DNA of 30,692 bases, from IMG/VR virus record IMGVR_UViG_3300042387_001262, positions 1 to 30,692 of that record, one strand, 5' to 3'. This DNA comes from a virus (lineage: Duplodnaviria > Caudoviricetes). Positions 1 through 5,301 of the stretch are shown here, piece by piece (the stretch's first letter is position 1; each line of letters starts with the position of its first letter). The notes under the pieces were generated by a model, which was given only the letters and a program-made list of their open reading frames with translations, made no database searches and had not been told where the DNA came from. Position numbers and translations under genes: made by a program.

Positions 1-13
1 GAACCAACTGAAC

Positions 14-532
14 ATGGAGACAGGGGAGCGTCTCCTGCGGTACTGCATGAAGCACGGGCACTGGTCCGTGTTCGAGCAGGCGAGCATGACGGTGGAGATC
101 CGAACATCCCGGGCGATTGCGGCGCAGTTGCTGCGTCACAAGTCGTTCTCGTTCCAAGAGTTCAGTCAGCGGTACTCGGAAGCGGTTGGTATCGAACCGG
201 TGGAACTGCGCCGTCAGGCTGAGAAGAACCGGCAGAGCAGTAGCGAGTTGCTACCGTACTCGGTCGAAGCGTTTATGGCGCAGGCACTAGCGTACTACGG
301 AGACCTCATCGAGGCCGGTGTTGCACGCGAATGCGCACGCATGGTGCTGCCACTCGCGACGAGCACAACCTTGTACATGTCAGGCACTTGCCGGTCGTGG
401 ATTCATTACCTGCAGGTCAGGCTGGACGAGCACACCCAGAAGGAACACCGTGAGATTGCGCAGGCGATTGAGCAGTGTTTCGCTCAGGTATTCCCGACCG
501 TACATGAGGCGCTGAAAATCGCGCACGAATAG
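14..532 (+). CDS. thyX: FAD-dependent thymidylate synthase ThyX (probably 5'-truncated by the window edge)
   Basis: HWSVFEQ, ThyX motif RHKSFSFQEFSQRY, ECARMVLP, R..W.HY..R....TQ.EH. The frame is open back to base 2 (NQLNMET), so the real start likely lies upstream. Confidence 0.93.
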   Translation: METGERLLRYCMKHGHWSVFEQASMTVEIRTSRAIAAQLLRHKSFSFQEFSQRYSEAVGIEPVELRRQAEKNRQSSSELLPYSVEAFMAQALAYYGDLIEAGVARECARMVLPLATSTTLYMSGTCRSWIHYLQVRLDEHTQKEHREIAQAIEQCFAQVFPTVHEALKIAHE

Positions 533-560
533 TCCACTCGAGCCTCACCCAACCCAGCGT

Positions 561-598
561 AAACCCCACTGAGCCAAGTGCTTGGTGGGGTTTTTTGT
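561..598 (+). terminator. Rho-independent terminator after thyX
   Basis: Stem AAACCCCAC...GTGGGGTTT with inner GAGC/GCTT pairing, followed by a T run. Confidence 0.8.
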
Positions 599-616
599 TT
601 CCCACAGAAAATCACG

Positions 617-644
617 TTGACTCACGCAATGCGCATGGCATGCT
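617..644 (+). promoter_or_regulatory. Sigma70-like promoter for the small-gene cluster
   Basis: TTGACT (617-622), 16 nt, CATGCT (639-644) preceded by an extended -10 TG; lies directly after the terminator. Confidence 0.5.
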
Positions 645-650
645 GGTCAC

Positions 651-669
651 CGTTGCGGATGACGCAACG
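651..669. promoter_or_regulatory. Palindromic operator-like site CGTTGCG-N5-CGCAACG
   Basis: Perfect inverted repeat at the predicted +1; a near-identical copy lies at 3741-3757. Confidence 0.5.
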
Positions 670-699
670 CGAACAAAACAACGAACCAAGAAACAAGAC

Positions 700-828
700 A
701 TGACCCTTCCCGAAAAAATCCAAGTCCTCGGCGCCTGCCTTTGGAAAGTCGCCACGCTCTGGTGGCCTCTCACAACCTTTGTCGTCGGCGGACTCATCGC
801 CGGCGTCATCAGCGAAAGAAAAAACTAA
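700..828 (+). CDS. Small membrane protein (42 aa)
   Basis: ATG at 700 after an A-rich leader; hydrophobic stretch LWKVATLWWPLTTFVVGGLIAGVI. Confidence 0.55.
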   Translation: MTLPEKIQVLGACLWKVATLWWPLTTFVVGGLIAGVISERKN

Positions 829-830
829 CC

Positions 831-995
831 ATGAACACACAGACAGAACACACAATGGAGTGCTCGACGTTGGCGCACCTTCGGCGAGTCATTGCAGAGG
901 CTCAGGCGACCATCGCTCAGGCGCAGGCGCAGATTGACTTGATTGAAGCGGAAGACGCTATCACCGCCAAACTGCAGAAGGAGGTGGCGCGATGA
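831..995 (+). CDS. Small coiled-coil hypothetical protein
   Basis: ATG 2 nt after the previous stop; heptad-like IAEAQATIAQAQAQIDLIE; ends in an SD-containing ATGA overlap. Confidence 0.6.
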   Translation: MNTQTEHTMECSTLAHLRRVIAEAQATIAQAQAQIDLIEAEDAITAKLQKEVAR

Positions 996-1228
996 CCGAC
1001 GAACAAATCAACGCCGCCATCTCCGCGGTGTATGGATGGGAAGCGGACTACTGCGCGTGCCTCAACGCGATGCACGAGGCGGAGAAGGTGCTGACCACCT
1101 TTGATGAGTGGGATATTTATTGCGTACACCTAGGCGACACTCAGCCATCCTGCGCAAAAGCCACCGCACGACAACGCGCAGAGGCGTTTCTACGCACGCT
1201 GGGCAAATGGGAGGAGGTGGCGAAATGA
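992..1228 (+). CDS. Hypothetical phage protein, paralog 1 (INAAI...DYC..LNAMHEAEK family, possibly ABA-sandwich-like)
   Basis: Strong SD AAGGAGGTG, ATGA overlap; C-terminal ~55 aa nearly identical to the next gene. Confidence 0.75.
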   Translation: MTDEQINAAISAVYGWEADYCACLNAMHEAEKVLTTFDEWDIYCVHLGDTQPSCAKATARQRAEAFLRTLGKWEEVAK

Positions 1229-1506
1229 CCAACCATAAAATCAACGTGGCAATCGCCGAGGCGTGTGGGTGGACGCCTGATAACCGTGGATTAGGCTGGC
1301 TTAGTCCACATGGCTATTACGCGCCAGAGCCAGACTACTGCAAAGACCTCAACGCTATGCACGAAGCGGAGAAGGTGCTGACCACCTTTGATGAGTGGGA
1401 TATTTATTGCGTACACCTAGGCGACACTCAGCCATCCTGCGCAAAAGCCACCGCACGACAACGCGCAGAGGCGTTTCTACGCACGCTGGGCAAGTGGGAG
1501 GAGGTG
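1046..1506 (+). repeat. Direct repeat ~174 bp (1046-1219 / 1333-1506, offset 287)
   Basis: Core 1079-1206 is identical to 1366-1493; a few substitutions at the edges. Confidence 0.95.
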
Positions 1507-1515
1507 CAGCCGTGA
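1225..1515 (+). CDS. Hypothetical phage protein, paralog 2 (MTNHKINVAIAEACGW...)
   Basis: SD GGAGGTG, ATG at 1225 overlapping the upstream TGA; same family as 992-1228 with an extra ~18-aa internal loop. Confidence 0.75.
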   Translation: MTNHKINVAIAEACGWTPDNRGLGWLSPHGYYAPEPDYCKDLNAMHEAEKVLTTFDEWDIYCVHLGDTQPSCAKATARQRAEAFLRTLGKWEEVQP

Positions 1516-1736
1516 GCAGTCACAACATAGAGCAGGTTGTTGGGTGCATCCCCTCGCTTGTGCAGGCGCAGACAAACGCACATGTCGTTGTTTTGCTTGT
1601 GCGGGACAGTAATGGCGAGAACCACATTGTCGCAAAGGGACAGGGATGGAAGTCCCTACTCACATCTGCTGCGGCTAGAGTGTTTAATGAAACTGCCGAG
1701 GATTCCTCGGTGGTTGGAGAGGAGGTGCAGCCGTGA
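1512..1736 (+). CDS. Hypothetical protein (74 aa, lower GC)
   Basis: GTG start in a GTGA overlap after SD GGAGGTG; ends EEVQP like the previous gene. Confidence 0.6.
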   Translation: MSSHNIEQVVGCIPSLVQAQTNAHVVVLLVRDSNGENHIVAKGQGWKSLLTSAAARVFNETAEDSSVVGEEVQP

Positions 1737-1912
1737 GCAGGGACGGACTTCCATCGTCGTTCGACGCATGGCTCACGAACAACCCGGACGAGCAACCTGA
1801 CCCGCCCGAGTGCCGGTGTTGCCAACACCTGATGGAGTGGATCGACGACGCCGACGAGTGCGGACCGTGCGGATCTTGGGAGTGCATCAACGAAGACTGC
1901 CCCGGGCAATGA
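1733..1912 (+). CDS. Small Cys-rich acidic protein (59 aa, possible zinc ribbon); not in the ORF track
   Basis: GTG at 1733 after SD GGAGGTG; MSRDGLPSSFDAWLTNNPDEQPDPPECRCCQHLMEWIDDADECGPCGSWECINEDCPGQ; ends in an ATGA overlap. Confidence 0.65.
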   Translation: MSRDGLPSSFDAWLTNNPDEQPDPPECRCCQHLMEWIDDADECGPCGSWECINEDCPGQ

Positions 1913-2055
1913 ACGCTTACCGCATCACCATCGCCATCATCCTCGTCTCCCTTGCGTGCCTTGCCGGGTACGCCTGGGAGCGGGGCAAACATAAACGCTT
2001 CGCCCGTGCATGGGCAGAGGAGATACTGAACCCGACCTACACCCTAATCAAATAA
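1909..2055 (+). CDS. Small membrane-anchored protein (48 aa)
   Basis: ATG in an ATGA overlap; TM-like ITIAIILVSLACLAGYAW followed by basic residues. Confidence 0.55.
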   Translation: MNAYRITIAIILVSLACLAGYAWERGKHKRFARAWAEEILNPTYTLIK

Positions 2056-2060
2056 CAATA

Positions 2061-3353
2061 ATGTGGATACTCCCACGACCTATCATCAACCAACTCACAT
2101 CAGTCTTTGCTCCGGGTACGGAGGCATTGACCTCGGACTCAAACGAGTGCTCCCAGATCTGCGCACAGTCGCTTATGCGGAGATCGAATCAAGTGCCATC
2201 GAGCTCTTACTTGCGCGAATGGAAGGCGGGTCGCTTGACCCGGCTCCGATCTGGAGCAATCTGCGAACCTTCCCTTGGGGCGCATTTTCTGACCGAGTGG
2301 ACATCCTTTCTGGAGGTTATCCCTGCCAACCATTCAGCAGCGCAGGCAAACGACTCGGCGCCGACGACCCCCGTCACCTCTGGCCTGCCATCGCAGACGG
2401 CATTCGACTTCTCAGACCCCGAGTGTGCTTTTTCGAGAACGTCGAGGGGCACATTACGTTGGGACTCTCCAGCGTGCTCTCAGACCTGGAGGAGTTGGGT
2501 TACGAAGTGTCGTGGGGAGTATTCAGTGCGAGCGAAGTCGGCGCTCCTCACCAGCGCAAGCGAGTGTTCGTCATGGCCTACCGCGGCGACGAGGGACCAC
2601 AAGGGAGAGAGTGGCTCAGGCAGGCAGGAGCGCAATGTTGTGCTCAAGACGTGTGGCCAAGCCGACCAGGCGAACCCCAGCAGTGGTGGGAACCACCGCG
2701 AGTTGTGGCCAACCCCGGACGCAACGCAGGCCAACGACGGAGTGCCGTGGGAGAAGTTCCATCAGGGGATGATGGAGAGGCGGGAGCGTGTAAAGCAGGC
2801 AGTGGAGGAGGGGAGGACGAAGCAGGGGAGTGGGAGGAGTCCGAACCTTTGCGCAGCGGTGCAGAACCCGCAGTGGGCGACACCGGAGGCGAAGAATCAC
2901 GTGGGCTACCAAGTGGGGCAGGACGGGAAAGTGTGGCCGAGACTTGGCAGTCAGGTGACAGCATGGGCAACGCCTCAAGCGAGGGATGCGAAGGGAGCCG
3001 AGGGCAGGATGATTCGGGAGGGCAACCACTCGGATCTGCCATCGCAAACCGAAGTTGCTCCGACGGGTCAGTGGAACCGAGACAACGGCAAACTCAACCC
3101 ACGCTGGGTGGAAACGCTGATGGGGCTTCCGGTGGGGTGGACTATGGCCTCCTGTGCCGCGCCAGTGACAATCGCACTGATGAACTCCGTATGCTCGGAA
3201 ACGGAGTCGTCCCCGCAACCGCTGCCCGAGCCTTTGCCGTCCTCGCCGCCGACCTTGCAGCAGGATGCCCCGGTCGCCCCGAGCGTCCCGTCGTTGAGTG
3301 AGATTGCCGAGACACTGAGGCGCCTCGCTGACATGATTGAGCGCATCGTATGA
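2061..3353 (+). CDS. Overprinted beta-type methyltransferase polypeptide (motif IX plus W-x-T-[PA] repeats)
   Basis: 430-codon frame open across the whole MTase; contains KLNPRWVETLMGLPVGWT (motif IX-like) and SWPTA/LWPTP/QWATP/AWATP; its stop overlaps the next gene (ATGA at 3350-3353). The true start may be internal. Confidence 0.7.
   Translation: MWILPRPIINQLTSVFAPGTEALTSDSNECSQICAQSLMRRSNQVPSSSYLREWKAGRLTRLRSGAICEPSLGAHFLTEWTSFLEVIPANHSAAQANDSAPTTPVTSGLPSQTAFDFSDPECAFSRTSRGTLRWDSPACSQTWRSWVTKCRGEYSVRAKSALLTSASECSSWPTAATRDHKGESGSGRQERNVVLKTCGQADQANPSSGGNHRELWPTPDATQANDGVPWEKFHQGMMERRERVKQAVEEGRTKQGSGRSPNLCAAVQNPQWATPEAKNHVGYQVGQDGKVWPRLGSQVTAWATPQARDAKGAEGRMIREGNHSDLPSQTEVAPTGQWNRDNGKLNPRWVETLMGLPVGWTMASCAAPVTIALMNSVCSETESSPQPLPEPLPSSPPTLQQDAPVAPSVPSLSEIAETLRRLADMIERIV
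2063..3301 (+). CDS. C5 cytosine DNA methyltransferase, alpha-type polypeptide (motifs I-VIII and X)
   Basis: SLCSGYGG (I), GGYPCQPFS (IV, catalytic Cys), FFENVEG (VI), PHQRKRVF (VIII), LRMLGNGVVP (X); no motif IX in this frame. Confidence 0.9.
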   Translation: MDTPTTYHQPTHISLCSGYGGIDLGLKRVLPDLRTVAYAEIESSAIELLLARMEGGSLDPAPIWSNLRTFPWGAFSDRVDILSGGYPCQPFSSAGKRLGADDPRHLWPAIADGIRLLRPRVCFFENVEGHITLGLSSVLSDLEELGYEVSWGVFSASEVGAPHQRKRVFVMAYRGDEGPQGREWLRQAGAQCCAQDVWPSRPGEPQQWWEPPRVVANPGRNAGQRRSAVGEVPSGDDGEAGACKAGSGGGEDEAGEWEESEPLRSGAEPAVGDTGGEESRGLPSGAGRESVAETWQSGDSMGNASSEGCEGSRGQDDSGGQPLGSAIANRSCSDGSVEPRQRQTQPTLGGNADGASGGVDYGLLCRASDNRTDELRMLGNGVVPATAARAFAVLAADLAAGCPGRPERPVVE

Positions 3354-3550
3354 CCGACGACCAAGAGATCCGCGACGAGATGCTGAGCCTAGCCACGCAA
3401 CTGGCTAGGCTGATGCTTGAACTCGATGAGCCCCAGATGACCTACCTGGCGAAGTGTACCGGGGGCAACTTCGACGGGCAGACCATCGGGATTGCCGTGG
3501 TGCTCGCTGACCCCGAGAAAGAGGCGGAGATCGACGATGAGCTCGACTAA
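3350..3550 (+). CDS. Hypothetical protein (66 aa, acidic)
   Basis: ATGA overlap with the beta frame; typical codon usage. Confidence 0.6.
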   Translation: MTDDQEIRDEMLSLATQLARLMLELDEPQMTYLAKCTGGNFDGQTIGIAVVLADPEKEAEIDDELD

Positions 3551-3770
3551 GCCCTACCGCATCCAACACCGGGAGACGGGGTGCTGGCTATCTGCCGAAC
3601 GCGACAAGGACCTCTGGGTGTCGTTTCGGGACATCCGGTGGTCAACGACGTTCCAATGCGTGGAAGAGGCCAAAGCGGCGACCAGGATGTTCAATCTGTC
3701 GCACCTGCACTTCCGCATCACCACATCGACCGAGATGCCCGTTGCGGAGAACGCAACAAATCCCCGTTGA
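3537..3770 (+). CDS. Hypothetical protein (MSSTKPYRIQHRETGCWL...)
   Basis: ATG at 3537 with GGAG upstream, overlapping the previous gene; Y-x-I-x-x-x-x-T-G-x-W pattern typical of small phage proteins. Confidence 0.6.
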   Translation: MSSTKPYRIQHRETGCWLSAERDKDLWVSFRDIRWSTTFQCVEEAKAATRMFNLSHLHFRITTSTEMPVAENATNPR

Positions 3771-3794
3771 CACGCAGTCAGACGGGGATAGATT
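3741..3794 (+). promoter_or_regulatory. Operator-like palindrome plus sigma70-like promoter
   Basis: GTTGCG-N5-CGCAAC at 3741-3757, then TTGACA (3767-3772), 16 nt, TAGATT (3789-3794). Confidence 0.6.
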
Positions 3795-3800
3795 CACCAA

Positions 3801-3873
3801 TGCCGGTGCGCGTCAGGGGTGGCACGCCCGGTCGAACGAAAGGCCCGTTCCTCGAGTGAGGGACGGGTTTTTT
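3801..3873 (+). ncRNA. Candidate ~70-nt two-hairpin small RNA
   Basis: Near-consensus promoter immediately upstream; 5' hairpin (CCGG..GCG..GTCA-GGGG-TGGC..CGC..CCGG), then an intrinsic terminator; no credible ORF. Confidence 0.45.
3843..3873 (+). terminator. Rho-independent terminator between convergent genes
   Basis: GCCCGTTCCTC-GAGT-GAGGGACGGGT followed by TTTTT. Confidence 0.85.
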
Positions 3874-3878
3874 CGTGC

Positions 3879-4541
3879 TTAGAATGGACCTTCGTCGTTG
3901 GCCGACTGCATGGGCAGGATGCGAGGACGGTAGCGCCACGCACGCATGGAGCGGCGTTTCTCGTCCTTGAGGATCACCGGTTTCCAGCCGAGGTCTTGCA
4001 GGTGCCTGGCCAGATCCAACTGCATGCGCCGGTTCTGCTTGTCCTTCGCGTACCCGAACACCTTCTCGAGGATGCGCTCAGTGGTGTAGGGGTTGGTCAG
4101 GCGCAGGTATGCCGTGAGCTTCTGCTTGGCATCATCGCCGAGCACTCGGGCCGGGCTCGAGCCGGTGCTGGCTTTCTGCCACACACGCACCGATCCTTCC
4201 TGCCTCTTGGCAATCGAGGACTTCCATCCGAGGGTGCGCATTGCGGCGCCCAGGCGCGTGCGCACGTTGAGCGACTGCTGGTCCCGAGGAATGCCCAGCC
4301 CCTCGGTGAGAATGCCCGTCAGGGTGTACGTGCAGACGTCGTCGAGGTACTCGCGCAGCACGGGAATCCAGGGCTCTTCCAGTGCGACTATCGTCTCGGT
4401 GTGCGAGAGCACCAATGCGCGAATCTCACGCACCAGTCCGAGCAGCGTATTGCGTTCTGTCGATACCGCGGCGAGCTCGGCGCGTAGGTATTGAACTTCT
4501 TCTTGGGTTGTTTGGTTATGGTTCACGGGGCAAATGTACAC
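3879..4541 (-). CDS. Stand-alone tandem winged-helix protein resembling the C-terminal domain of VapE/VirE primase-helicases
   Basis: Two internal repeats (EPW...YL...YT..GIL..GLG.......RLG.AMR.LGW...VW / YL...YT..RIL..VFG.......LA..L..LGW...AW) after an N-terminal coiled coil; the start may be the GTG at 4526. Confidence 0.65.
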   Translation of the reverse strand: MYICPVNHNQTTQEEVQYLRAELAAVSTERNTLLGLVREIRALVLSHTETIVALEEPWIPVLREYLDDVCTYTLTGILTEGLGIPRDQQSLNVRTRLGAAMRTLGWKSSIAKRQEGSVRVWQKASTGSSPARVLGDDAKQKLTAYLRLTNPYTTERILEKVFGYAKDKQNRRMQLDLARHLQDLGWKPVILKDEKRRSMRAWRYRPRILPMQSANDEGPF

Positions 4542-4677
4542 GCTACTTCATCGTCCCGCTACGGTTTTGTTGGGTAGAACGGTATGCCGTGCGTCCCAGA
4601 TTGGCTACGCGATTACACGTTGTTTTGCGTAGGTGTGAGCGGTGCAGGGTAGCCGAAAGGCAGGTAGTGGATGGGTG

Positions 4678-4974
4678 TGGGCGTAGACGGTTGGGGGTTG
4701 TAGACACTTGTGAAGACAACGGAAGTCCTTTGGATTCCATCACTTCCTCCTTGTCTACTCTGTCTACTCTCTCTTTCTAACTTATGGGGAAAAGTAGTAC
4801 AGAGGGATACAACTGCTGCAGCTACTGTGTGACAAATCAGGATTATGTTGTGCGGCGCGTTGACGAACTTGTGAAGACAAGCGATTTTTGTGGCGCAAGT
4901 CGCTGATGGCAAGCGTGATGGCGAGCGAGCGGGTTGTCTATGCCTAGGGCTGGGCGTAGACACGGGCATAGACA
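4678..4974. repeat. Iteron-like repeat cluster, candidate replication origin or genome-end region
   Basis: TAGAC/AAGAC-core units: GTAGAC 4683, 4700, 4956; GAAGACA 4712, 4873; ATAGACA 4968; inverted TGTCTAC 4752, 4761; TGTCTAT 4935. A 14-bp direct repeat ACTTGTGAAGACAA at 4706 and 4867; a 10-bp inverted repeat at 4935-4944/4965-4974; AT-richer centre. Confidence 0.55.
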
Positions 4975-4976
4975 GG

Positions 4977-5004
4977 TTGCGTGTTGCGCAGTGAGGGCTA
5001 TGGT
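4977..5004 (+). promoter_or_regulatory. Promoter for the packaging operon, probably giving a leaderless mRNA
   Basis: TTGCGT, 16 nt, TATGGT; ATG 6 nt downstream (5011); overlaps a degenerate GTTGCG-N5-CGCAGT site. Confidence 0.45.
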
Positions 5005-5010
5005 TTTGGT

Positions 5011-5289
5011 ATGAGTGCAAAGGGAAAGATAGGGGGCAGCAGGAAGGGCAAACCGAACAAGATCACGACCTCGCTCAAGGAAGCCATCCTGCAAGCCTAC
5101 GAGCGTGCTGGCGGGGTGGAGTACCTCGAGACGGTGGCCAGGCTCGACCCGCGCACGTTCCTCACGCTGCTGGGCAAAGTGCTGCCGATGCAGGTGACCG
5201 GTGCTGGGGATGGTCCGGTGCGCATCGAGGTCATCACGGGCATCGACCGTTGCCCTGACGACCCGATTGAGGACGAGGACGAGGATTGA
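5011..5289 (+). CDS. Terminase small subunit
   Basis: GGSRKGKPNKIT..LKEAIL.A....GGVEYL...A..DP..FL.LLGKVLP..VTG..GP pattern; directly upstream of TerL. Confidence 0.8.
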   Translation: MSAKGKIGGSRKGKPNKITTSLKEAILQAYERAGGVEYLETVARLDPRTFLTLLGKVLPMQVTGAGDGPVRIEVITGIDRCPDDPIEDEDED

Positions 5290-5301
5290 CCGGCACACCT
5301 G

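Noticed and set aside
1046-1506. Repeat pair as a diversity-generating retroelement TR/VR (BPP-1 relatives carry DGRs)
   Set aside because: Differences are few and not adenine-specific, both copies are in ordinary small genes, and there is no reverse transcriptase in the window.
2063-3301. MTase as a frameshifted pseudogene or sequencing error
   Set aside because: Both frames are open throughout and motif X returns in the alpha frame, matching a known alpha/beta overlapping architecture rather than a single break.
4678-4974. CRISPR array
   Set aside because: Units are 6-14 bp, irregularly spaced and in both orientations; there is no repeat-spacer periodicity.
4543-5020. Minus-strand ORFs 4543-4743 and 4613-5020 in the intergenic region
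   Set aside because: Atypical composition, overlap with the repeat cluster and no protein-like motifs.
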